Assembly: GCA_965219345.1 (NCBI GenBank)
Contig: OZ244732.1
Span: 1,280,001 to 1,344,000 of the forward strand
Length of the DNA: 64,000 nt
Direction: 5' to 3'
Origin: Nitrosopumilus sp.
GTDB lineage: Archaea > Thermoproteota > Nitrososphaeria > Nitrososphaerales > Nitrosopumilaceae
Below are positions 51,486 through 60,719 of the stretch, piece by piece (position 1 is the stretch's first letter; every line of letters begins with the position of its first letter). A model generated the notes under the pieces. That model was not told the DNA's origin and did no database searches. It worked only from the letters and a program-made list of their open reading frames with translations. A program made the position numbers and the translations under genes.

Positions 51486-52768
51486 GGACTTAACCTATCA
51501 GGATCTCTTGGATAAAACACTACTTCACGTACATTATCAACTCCAATAAGGGTAGTCATCAATCTATCTAATCCCATTCCCCACCCTGCATGAGGCGGCA
51601 TTCCCCAGTCAAATGCTTTAAGATGGTCAGTAAATTGTGCAGGATCCAATCCTTGCTCTTTTAATCTATTCTTTAACATCTCTGGATTGTGAAGTCTAGT
51701 TCCACCAGAAGATAATTCCAGAAATCCATATTGCAAATCAAATGATCGTGATAGTGTGATGTCTTCATCTTTTTCTCTAATGTAAAATGGTTTTAGTTTC
51801 ATTGGCCAGTCAATCAAAAAGTAAAATCCCGGATGATTCTTTCCGATAATTCTGAGATGTGAATCCAGCAAATCATCTCCAAATTCTACTTTTTCTCCTT
51901 CTTTCTTTAACTCCTCAATACAATCATTGTAAGTAATTCTCTCAAATGATGAGGCTGGAACTTCTATGGTGTGGCCAATAACCTCTTGTTCTTTCTTGCA
52001 ATTCACAGACGTGAATTTGTAAACCTCCATAACTAGGGACTCCAAAACATCCATGACATCATTATAGTCCATAAATGCTGCTTCAATGTCAATACTGGTA
52101 AATTCAGTTAAGTGTCTTCCTGTGTGGGAATTTTCTGCTCTATAAAAGTTTGAAATCTCAAAGACTCTTTCTAGTCCTATGGTCATCTGTTCTTTGTATA
52201 ACTGCGGACTTTGTGCAAGATATGCTGTTTTTCCAAAATAATCTAATGAAAAGAGATTTGCTCCACCTTCACTCGCACTGCCAATAATTTTTGGTGTAGT
52301 AATCTCCAAAAATTTTCTTTCTGCTAATGTTTTACGTAATGATTGCAGTACGTGGTGTCTTAATTTAAAAATGGAAGCTGTTCTTTGATTTCTCATATCT
52401 AATGCACGATGGTTCAATCTTGTGTCAATGTTACTCTCTAGTCTTCCAATTGGATCAACTGGTAATGGATGAACTGCTTTTGCTAAAACTTCCATATCTT
52501 CAGCTTTAACCTCAAAAGCAAAATCCCTTGCTTTAGTTTCTTGTACAATCCCCTTAACCCTTACAACACTCTGACGATTAATCTCTCCTAGTGTGTCATT
52601 TAACTCTCCTTTTACAATAATTTGAGAGATTCCTGATACATCACGTAATGTGATAAATGTCATCTTTCCTAACTTTCGAAGGTCTTCAATCCATCCTCCT
52701 AAGACCACTTGTTTTCCGATTAATTCTGTAGTTAGTTCTGAAATGTCATGTGTTTTAACAAAGACCAT
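51482..52768 (-). CDS. aspS: Aspartate--tRNA ligase (archaeal type)
   Basis: OB fold, LAQSPQLYK, YRAE, PPHAGWGMGLDR. Confidence 0.96.
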   Translation of the reverse strand: MVFVKTHDISELTTELIGKQVVLGGWIEDLRKLGKMTFITLRDVSGISQIIVKGELNDTLGEINRQSVVRVKGIVQETKARDFAFEVKAEDMEVLAKAVHPLPVDPIGRLESNIDTRLNHRALDMRNQRTASIFKLRHHVLQSLRKTLAERKFLEITTPKIIGSASEGGANLFSLDYFGKTAYLAQSPQLYKEQMTIGLERVFEISNFYRAENSHTGRHLTEFTSIDIEAAFMDYNDVMDVLESLVMEVYKFTSVNCKKEQEVIGHTIEVPASSFERITYNDCIEELKKEGEKVEFGDDLLDSHLRIIGKNHPGFYFLIDWPMKLKPFYIREKDEDITLSRSFDLQYGFLELSSGGTRLHNPEMLKNRLKEQGLDPAQFTDHLKAFDWGMPPHAGWGMGLDRLMTTLIGVDNVREVVFYPRDPDRLSP

Positions 52769-52854
52769 ATTCTTACCTATCTTTTATCATTCTGATAATG
52801 TTGTTTATATCCCTTAATGTAAAACAAAAATTCTAGTTTGGATCTAAGAATGAT

Positions 52855-53793
52855 ATGACTTTTCTGTCAGTTAATGGACTATTCGCAAAATACAATTCAT
52901 CAAAAGGCCCAGTTTATGCAGTTGATGATGTAGATTTTGAATTAGAAGATGGAAAATCTATAGGAATTGCTGGTGAAAGCGCATGTGGAAAAAGTACATT
53001 GGGACTTTCCCTTATCAGAATGCTTTCTGGTGGCAAGACTGAAGGCAAAATTCTATTTGATGGGCGTTCCATTTTAGAAATGAAAGAATCTGATTTTGAT
53101 GAAAAATTTCGATGGAAAGAAATCTCTATGGTTTTTCAAGGTGCAATGAATTCATTAGATCCTGTTTTTACTATTAAAGAACAATTTATTGAAATTCTAA
53201 AACAACATAATTTTGATTGTGATTCTAAACAAGTGATTTTGGATGCTATCCGCTCAGTTAGCCTAGATGAACCTGTTTTGAAAAAATATCCTCATGAGTT
53301 GAGTGGCGGAATGAAACAGAGAGTAACTATTGCAATGGCGTTACTTCTCAAGCCAAAATTTGTGATTGCTGATGAACCAACCACTGCACTTGATGTGTTA
53401 ATTCAAGCACAAATTGTAACTTTACTAAAAAACCTTAAAAAAAATGGCATGTCTTTTATGCTAATCACACATGATTTAGCAGTGTTATCTGAAATTGCCG
53501 ACAAGATTGGTATTATGTATGGTGGACATATGGTAGAATTTGGTTCTTCTGAAGAAATTTACAAAAATCCAAAACATCCTTACACTCAAGGACTCTTAGA
53601 ATCAATTCCAACATTAAAAGGAAATATTCCTAAATACATTAAAGGAATTCCTCCTAGCTTACTTGACGCGCCAACAGAATGTAGATTTATAGAGCGATGT
53701 CCTTTGGCAATTGAAAAATGCAAACAAGTTCCTCCAAAATTTAAAACTAAAACCGGATATGTTAGATGTTGGCTTTATGAAGAAGAAAAATAA
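52855..53793 (+). CDS. Peptide/nickel ABC transporter ATP-binding protein
   Basis: GESACGKS, YPHELSGGMKQR, PKHPYT, C-terminal Cys cluster. Confidence 0.9.
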   Translation: MTFLSVNGLFAKYNSSKGPVYAVDDVDFELEDGKSIGIAGESACGKSTLGLSLIRMLSGGKTEGKILFDGRSILEMKESDFDEKFRWKEISMVFQGAMNSLDPVFTIKEQFIEILKQHNFDCDSKQVILDAIRSVSLDEPVLKKYPHELSGGMKQRVTIAMALLLKPKFVIADEPTTALDVLIQAQIVTLLKNLKKNGMSFMLITHDLAVLSEIADKIGIMYGGHMVEFGSSEEIYKNPKHPYTQGLLESIPTLKGNIPKYIKGIPPSLLDAPTECRFIERCPLAIEKCKQVPPKFKTKTGYVRCWLYEEEK

Positions 53794-53833
53794 TTCTGAA
53801 TTAAATTAACAACCACATCAAATTGTTAAATGT

Positions 53834-54208
53834 TTAAGAATGTTTTTTTACAATTGGCAGACATGAATCTATAATTCTTAACATTTCAGTTCTTAATACT
53901 TTTTTATCAATTGCTACCCATACTCTTAATTTTTTGATGGCAAAAGAAATGGTCTGTACTTTCTTTCTTTCTTCCCAAACAAATTCAATCTCTCCTAGAT
54001 TCTTATCAAAAAATCCCTCCAGATCCGTCTTTATGGCAATATGTGAAAATTGATACTGTGTATCTTTGGCATCCAAAAGAGGTTTTAGTCCTGATCTTCT
54101 TTTATTGGCTAGTAACTCACCACTCTCATCAACTACACCTACAAATCTGACAAATGGGCTTATGTTGGATATAGAATCGCAAATTTTTTCAAAGTCATTT
54201 TTAGCCAT
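53834..54208 (-). CDS. Roadblock/DUF6659-like protein
   Basis: VRFVGVVDESGE...FDKNLGEIEF pattern. Confidence 0.6.
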   Translation of the reverse strand: MAKNDFEKICDSISNISPFVRFVGVVDESGELLANKRRSGLKPLLDAKDTQYQFSHIAIKTDLEGFFDKNLGEIEFVWEERKKVQTISFAIKKLRVWVAIDKKVLRTEMLRIIDSCLPIVKKHS

Positions 54209-54323
54209 TTAATTTACTTGCAAAAATATGATATTTTAATGATATTGCGGTAATGTATATTCTAGTTTTAATTAAAAGCCTATGGAAAACGGGGTTTTAA
54301 TAATTCAAGATCTATAATTTACT

Positions 54324-55177
54324 GTGGATCGAAGCCTTCTACTCTTTCAAAACTCTTTGAAAAGTGATGTATCTGTTTCAAACTATACACGACATTTAGA
54401 TCTATTCATGAATTTTGTAAGCAATGAAATGGACCTAAAATTAGACTATGATAGGTTATCTACAATCCCAGTTCCTCAACTTCAGATTCTTGTAGAAGAC
54501 TATGTTATGACACTAAAAGAAATTAAATCCTAATTCAATTCCAGCATACTATTATCCAATTCAATCTTTTTTTGAATCAAACGATGTTGATCTAAGGTGG
54601 AGAAAAATTAGAAAATTATTTCCTCAAAAAGTCAGTGTCTGGTGATAAACCATACACTAATGATGATATCAAAAAGATGCTAGATGTTACTCCACAACTA
54701 CGAAATAAGGCAATCATTCATTTTCTTGCATCATCTGGATGTAGATTAGGTGCATTGCCTGATCTACAACTAAGACATTTGTCTGAAATGTCTGATGGTT
54801 GTAAATCTGTTTTAGTTTATGAAGACAGCATTGAAGAATATTATACTTTCTTTACTCCTGAATCCTCAAAGTCTTTAGATGAATATTTTGAACAGAGAAA
54901 AATTGATGGTGAAGTTTTATCTGCAACAAGTCCCGTGTTTAGAAACAAGTATCTTATTGGTAATTCACCAGTAAAAGAAATGAGTGAAAAAAGTATTCAA
55001 AACGTTGTTGCTCGTGCAGTTTTAAAATCTGGAATTAGAGGTGAAGTTAAACGAAATGGAAGATATGAAAAACAAACTGATCATGCATTTAGAAAATGAT
55101 TCAATACAATATTGAAACTCAACAATGATGTAAATTCTAATGTAGTTGAAAAAATGCTTGGGCATAAAAAAGGATTA
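54324..55177 (+). pseudogene. Tyrosine integrase pseudogene
   Basis: SGCRLG, HAFRK and MLGH motifs; frameshift at about 54525, TGA at 55097-55099, cut by IS630 before the catalytic Tyr. Confidence 0.85.
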
Positions 55178-56342
55178 TACTGACGAGCAAAAGTTCATGA
55201 GATCAAACATGTTAGACGGCAACACATTTTGATCACGTCCCACTACGCATTACAATGCCCGCAGTAAAATCCGAAGACCTGAAGAAGGCGTACAAGAAGG
55301 AAAGAGATCCCAGTTGATGCTGTTGGGTTTGTTGTTGTTGTTGTTGATGACCTGAAGAAGGCGTACAAGAAGGAAAGAGATCCCAGAGTCAAGATCAGGA
55401 TGGCCGCAGTAAACATGGTGTGCATGAACAATAAGAGCATCCAGCATGCGGCAGACTCACTCATGCAGTGTCCCAACTGGGTCTCCTTCTGGGTGGAACG
55501 CTTCCGGGAGGGCGGCATCGACGCCCCCGGGATCTTCCCAAGAGCGGCAGGCCACCGAAGGTCAGGCTCGAAGACATTGAAGAGACAATATCCGGGGCAG
55601 GCAGCATCATTACTCCCCCGCAGCTGAGGGAACGTGTCCGCAAGATGCACGGCATAACATACCACATTACAAGCGCCAGGAGGATAATGCACAGGCTGGG
55701 CATGTCTGCCAAGACGGCAAGACGGGTCCACATAAACAGGCAGGGACAGACGAGATCAGAAGGTGGCAGCGCAACGCAAAGAGGCGCATATCGCGCCTGG
55801 AATCGAGGGGTTTTGCCGTCGTAGTCTTTGACGAGTCCATATTCATAGACGACCCGGCATCGGGGACAAAGTACTGGTCGCCAAAAGGCCAGCCCATAGT
55901 CACCACATACAAGGGCAGACACGGCAGGGTCGTGGCGTACGGTTCCATCGCGACTGACGGCAGGCAGTTCATCAGGGCGTACAAAAAATTTGACAAGGAG
56001 ACGGTACTGCGGTACCTAAAGGAGCTTGCGGGACATTTCGGAAAGGTTGCCATAATAATGGACAACGCGCCGCAGCACAAGGCAAAGACGGCAGGCGAGT
56101 TCCCAAAGGGCAACAAAAAAGTCAAGGCAGTATGGCTTCCAACCGCAACACCGGAGCTCAGCGTCATGGAGGAGTACTGGCACCAGTCAAAGCGCGACGT
56201 GCTGGTGTCAGAATATTATGGAACAATAGGGCAGATGCGCCGCGCAATGTCAGAGCATTTCAGGACGGCGCGGCCGTGGCTTGACGCAATGAAGTTCATC
56301 TGCAGAAAGTCATTTGATCTCAAGAACTTTTGATCGACAGTG
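55178..56342 (+). mobile_element. IS630-family insertion sequence with an inactivated transposase
   Basis: About 30-bp TIRs TACTGACGAGCAAAAGTTCATGAGATCAAA and CACTGTCGATCAAAAGTTCTTGAGATCAAA; TA on both flanks; FDES, MDNAPQH, PELSVMEEYW motifs; frameshifts plus a 73-bp insertion. Confidence 0.9.
55276..55386 (+). repeat. 38-bp duplication + 35-bp insert (spacer-integration-like scar 1)
   Basis: Copies at 55276-55313 and 55349-55386 are identical. Confidence 0.95.
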
Positions 56343-56344
56343 TA

Positions 56345-56940
56345 ATGCCCTTTGCCCTGATGCAAAATGTGCCATCAATTGATTTTCTTGAGAGTCATTA
56401 TACATTAAATTATATAATTTATGAAATGTTAAATCTAAATTATTTAGTTTTGTTAAGTATGCCCCAATGTTTCCTTCTTTAGGAATTTGAATTTCTCCAT
56501 TAATCACTTCTCTAGGATGTTTATGATAAACAAAAAGTCCTGTTTTAAGTGATAGATAATTTGACAGTCTAGATGCAGTCTTTAATGCTTCAATAATTTT
56601 TTATCACTTCCATCTGTTTTAATTGTAAATCCAGTGATTATTTTGGTGTTTTCAAGATCAAATTGTAATTCAATATCTGTTGAATTTGTAGATATCCCAG
56701 GCAACCAGACAGGTTCAATAAATTCAAAATATAATCCAACAACAACTATTACTTCTTCTTTAAAATTTACATGTTCACTTACCACAACTATTTTTACATC
56801 ATGATCACATGAAAACTATTTTACCTTTTTTCCATATTCATCAAAAAAAGTTTTTTGTAGAGTACCTTCTTTACATTCAGCACATTTTTCTTCGTTTGAT
56901 ATTGTTTTATTTTGCTGTTATTTTATTAAAAACATGATCA
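56345..56940 (-). pseudogene. Fragmented hypothetical gene
   Basis: Consecutive short ORFs in different frames, truncated at the IS630 end. Confidence 0.4.
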
Positions 56941-56962
56941 TGCACTTTAAGAAAATTTTATT

Positions 56963-57256
56963 TTATACTTTAAGAATTGCTTTTCTTAAAACTCCGCCAG
57001 TGAATATTTGATCTAATACTCCAACAATGATTACTCCTAGTACAACTTTACCAGTATTGCTTTCTGCCACATGTTTAATCAAAGAAGATGTTGATTCATG
57101 TGGATCATGCTTATCATAATGTACATTACATCTGCCTGTTTTAGGATCACATTCTGCATGATAGTGTCCTTTTCTAAAGTGAATTTTACCTAATTTTTCC
57201 CCTAAAGAACGAGTCCAGGCATGGTCATTTTCAAAATTTTCTATTCTGTATATCAT
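56963..57256 (-). CDS. Hypothetical His-rich protein with a C-terminal hydrophobic helix
   Basis: HFRKGHYHAECD...VHYDKHDPH. Confidence 0.6.
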   Translation of the reverse strand: MIYRIENFENDHAWTRSLGEKLGKIHFRKGHYHAECDPKTGRCNVHYDKHDPHESTSSLIKHVAESNTGKVVLGVIIVGVLDQIFTGGVLRKAILKV

Positions 57257-57748
57257 TTATTTACTTCTCACTTGTGAAACTTCTTCAGTTATCCATTGCC
57301 CAGATTCTTTTGTTGCAACTAGTTCAATAATTCCTCGTGTGATAGTACTTCCAATTATCCCTCCAAGTAATGCCCCAAGAAGAGTAGTTGCCAAGGCACC
57401 GCTTCCACTTCTTGAACCCGCCAGTAATCCAGCACCTCCACCTGCCATGGCAGCTTCAACAGATCTAGATGCTATCTTTGTTACTACTGCCTTTATGGCA
57501 ATTATTCCAATATCCATTAAAATTTGATCTAATTCTTGAATAAGTAATTTATCATTTCCATTTTTATATCGGACAATCAATGTAGGTTGGATCAAATTAT
57601 CTTGAATTTGAGTCTCTTTTGCAATAACGTTATCGAGTGTGCATTTTGATTTTATTCCTTTAGTTACATATTCTTCTACCGTACGACAACGTTCATCTGA
57701 AGGAATTCCAGTATAATTATTGCATTCCATTATAATCTCTTTCTTCAT
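57257..57748 (-). CDS. Glycine-zipper membrane protein
   Basis: AGGGAGLLAG...GALLGGIIGS. Confidence 0.65.
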   Translation of the reverse strand: MKKEIIMECNNYTGIPSDERCRTVEEYVTKGIKSKCTLDNVIAKETQIQDNLIQPTLIVRYKNGNDKLLIQELDQILMDIGIIAIKAVVTKIASRSVEAAMAGGGAGLLAGSRSGSGALATTLLGALLGGIIGSTITRGIIELVATKESGQWITEEVSQVRSK

Positions 57749-58365
57749 AACGTTTTCCTCCTTTCTAATATTTTTCTAATCATAACTGCATTTGGAGCTG
57801 TTGGAATGGCCATCTGGATCAAGTGTGGATGAACACTCACTGTCTGTTTTGGTATTTCAAGAGAAATTTTTTCTAATTCAGAATATAATTTCAATGCACC
57901 TTTTGCTATGTATCTTCCATCTTCTGTAAGGTAGTATTTGTCGTTAATTTTTCCAACATGCTCAGATTCAACTAGTTCTTTTAGAATATGATCTTCTCGA
58001 AGATCTATTGCAGAATCTGGATTTGTAGCATTTTTCAAAAGTATGTGGGTAAGTATCTCCTCTTCTCTGGAAACGGCAGGATAGTGACTTGTTTTAATTA
58101 TTAAATTCTGAATATGTTCTGGAAACAATGTCATACCTGTCTTTTCTTTCATTTTAATTACAGTTAGGTTATCCAGATTGGATACGTCCAAGTGTTTTCC
58201 AGAAAAGGATGATTGACTAGATTCCAGAACATGTAGAATCTTCTTTACAGTTCTAAAATTCAAATTTGCTTCTTGAGCTAGCTTGCTCAGTGAGTATGGT
58301 TTTCCAGATTCTAAAATATCCAAAATCATTTCAAGTGCTGTGGCAAAATCTGTTCGTGTTTTCAT
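57745..58365 (-). CDS. wHTH DNA-binding protein
   Basis: YSLSKLAQEANLNFRTVKKIL HTH; second wHTH-like YYLTEDG segment. Confidence 0.65.
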   Translation of the reverse strand: MKTRTDFATALEMILDILESGKPYSLSKLAQEANLNFRTVKKILHVLESSQSSFSGKHLDVSNLDNLTVIKMKEKTGMTLFPEHIQNLIIKTSHYPAVSREEEILTHILLKNATNPDSAIDLREDHILKELVESEHVGKINDKYYLTEDGRYIAKGALKLYSELEKISLEIPKQTVSVHPHLIQMAIPTAPNAVMIRKILERRKTL

Positions 58366-58366
58366 C

Positions 58367-58418
58367 TATAATTATACTAGTGTTGTATACTAATATATGA
58401 GTTGTGTATAATTATACA
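58367..58418. promoter_or_regulatory. Divergent promoter with two palindromes (TATAATTATA and TGTATAATTATACA)
   Basis: Palindromes at 58367-58376 and 58405-58418 between divergent genes. Confidence 0.5.
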
Positions 58419-58427
58419 ATATAGTGA

Positions 58428-58745
58428 ATGCCTCTCAAACCATATGAAATAGCTGTTTTGCTTCAAATGTATGATGAACGAATAATCGGACCAGGTGGGT
58501 ATACTAGTCTTCAAACCGTTCGAAGTAAGATCAACTGGAAAAAAATATCTTCTCATTATAGGGTAAAAGAAAGCTTTGACACCATAGCAAGAAGGCTAGT
58601 AAAAAAACGGTTATTATCAGATGATGGAAAAAGCCTGCAAGTTCTTTTTTTGGATAAACTTGGAGTGGATTTTGTAGTGGGCTATTTGGATGAGAATCCA
58701 AACTCTTTCAAGGATCTGGAGGATATACTTAAAGGAAAAACTTGA
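58428..58745 (+). CDS. Hypothetical protein, possible wHTH
   Basis: 105-aa ORF; RRLVKKRLL...FLDKLG. Confidence 0.55.
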   Translation: MPLKPYEIAVLLQMYDERIIGPGGYTSLQTVRSKINWKKISSHYRVKESFDTIARRLVKKRLLSDDGKSLQVLFLDKLGVDFVVGYLDENPNSFKDLEDILKGKT

Positions 58746-59064
58746 GATTTTGGTAATATGGAAAATGATGATTTGATAAACAAAGCATTTGAACACATTA
58801 AAGGAGAATTAATGATTCCTCAAATTATTAATTCATTAAAAACTAATTTTGACCTGGCGAAGTTCACATGATTCCATTCATGAATTTATTTTATTCATGG
58901 GCATGATGATCTCAAATAATTCTAATTATTCATTTAAACAAAACATGGTTTTTTTCCTTTACTGTGAAGAAATATTCTTTCTAGCTCATAGATCCTCTTT
59001 AGATGCTTTATCTGTTCATTATAATGCAGTATTTATTAATTTACGAGCAATACTTGAGCTTTTA

Positions 59065-59824
59065 ATTCAGGGAACTTTGATAATAATTGGACTCTCGAGT
59101 TTGATTGGAGTGCCGATAGGCGTGATGTCGGGAATATATCTATCTGAATATGGTGATAACAAACTTGCTAGAACAATTCGATTCTTCAATGATGTATTCA
59201 TGGAATTCCCATCAATTGTTCTTGGAATTTTTGCATTTTTGGTGATTGTATTGCTTCTTGGACACTTTTCAGTATGGGCAGGTGCTTTTGCATTATCTTT
59301 AATCATGTTTCCAATTGTTGCTAGAACTACCGAAGAACCCCTCAAGATGGTGCCAGCCGGCCTGTACCGGACGCCGCTCGTTGTCTATGACAGCTAGAAC
59401 TACCGAAGAATCCCTCAAGATGGTGCCAGTAACTCATCGTGAAGCTGGAACTGCTTTAGGTCTTAAAAAATGGGTAATTACTTTTAGAATTGTAATTTCT
59501 GCTGCAAAAAATGGAATGATCACTGGAATTTTATTATCTGTATCTAGAATCGGTGGTGAAACTGCCCCATTAATTATGACTATCTTGGGCAGTAGTCAAT
59601 TCTTTAGCAGTATGGATGTACCAATGGATGCTTTTCCATTGAGAATTTGGAGATTATCTTTATTGCCATATGATAGTGCACAGCTTCCGGGTTGGGGTTC
59701 AGCACTAGTTCTAATCTTCATCATTCTAGGAATTAATCTTGCTGTTAGATACTTTTTTGCAAACAAGAAAAGGAAAAATGGAATTTTTGGGCAATTAATC
59801 AAAGGAGTTAGAGCTAAAAATTGA
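59065..59824 (+). pseudogene. pstA: Phosphate ABC permease PstA, 5' deleted and interrupted
   Basis: GIYLSEY, PSIVLG, REAGTALG, RIGGETAP; 73-bp insertion at 59320-59429; 5' end fused to island DNA. Confidence 0.92.
59320..59429 (+). repeat. 37-bp duplication + 36-bp insert (spacer-integration-like scar 2)
   Basis: Copies at 59320-59356 and 59393-59429, one mismatch. Confidence 0.95.
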
Positions 59825-60719
59825 CGGCGCTAAGTACATCTGCTAACATGGAAACACAGGCAAAATCGGTTCCACCTAAAATTGATTCTGAAAAATACAA
59901 AATGATTGCAGAAAATGTCACTATAAGTTATGATGGAATTGAAGCTGTCAAAAATGTCACAATGAAATTCAAAGAAAGATCAGTCACTGCTTTGATAGCC
60001 GATTCTGTGGGCATCTGCGAGGTTGGATTTTAATGAAATTCAAAGAAAGATCAGTCACTGCTTTGATAGGGCCATCTGGTTGTGGGAAAACAACATTTCT
60101 TCGATGTCTTAATCGAATGCACGATATGACAAAAAATGCAAGAGTTGATGGAAAAGTTATGATTGATGATATTGATCTTTATGATAAATCAGTTGATCCT
60201 ATCTATCATCGCAGAAAAGTAGGCATGGTTTTCCAAAAACCAAACCCGTTTCCAACCATGTCAATTTATGATAATGTTATTGCAGGTTTGAAACTTAATG
60301 GAGTCCGAGATAAAAAAATTCTAGATGAGATTGTCGAAGACTCATTGAAGATGGCATATCTTTGGGATGAAGTAAAACATGATTTGAAAAAATCCGCAAT
60401 TGAATTATCTGGTGGTCAGCAACAACGTTTATGCATTGCAAGAGCCCTTGCTATCCAACCTGAAGTTTTGCTAATGGATGAACCTGCATCTGCACTTGAT
60501 CCAATCGCAACTCAAAAAATTGAAGAAACAATTGCCGAATTAAAAAAAGAGTATACCATAATTATTGTAACTCATAATATGCAACAGGCAGTACGTGTTT
60601 CAGATTATACTGGATTCATGTATCTGGGTGACTTGTTGAATTTAGAGAAACAAAGAAGCTATTCACTGATCCAAAAAATGAATTAACTGCAAAATATGTT
60701 CAGGGGGCAATTTGGATAA
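59821..60719 (+). pseudogene. pstB: Phosphate ABC ATPase PstB, interrupted and frameshifted
   Basis: [23 protein letters not shown]; 71-bp insertion plus frameshifts near 60635 and 60705. Confidence 0.92.
59961..60069 (+). repeat. 38-bp duplication + 33-bp insert (spacer-integration-like scar 3)
   Basis: Copies at 59961-59998 and 60032-60069 are identical. Confidence 0.95.

Noticed and set aside
58849-59397. 182-aa ORF as a novel PstA fusion protein
   Set aside because: Chance in-frame join of an island pseudogene and truncated pstA, terminated by the scar.
55276-60069. Calling the three scars bona fide CRISPR arrays
   Set aside because: Each has only two repeat copies, the repeats differ between loci and are ordinary coding sequence, and there is no leader or cas gene nearby. 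Reported as integration scars instead.
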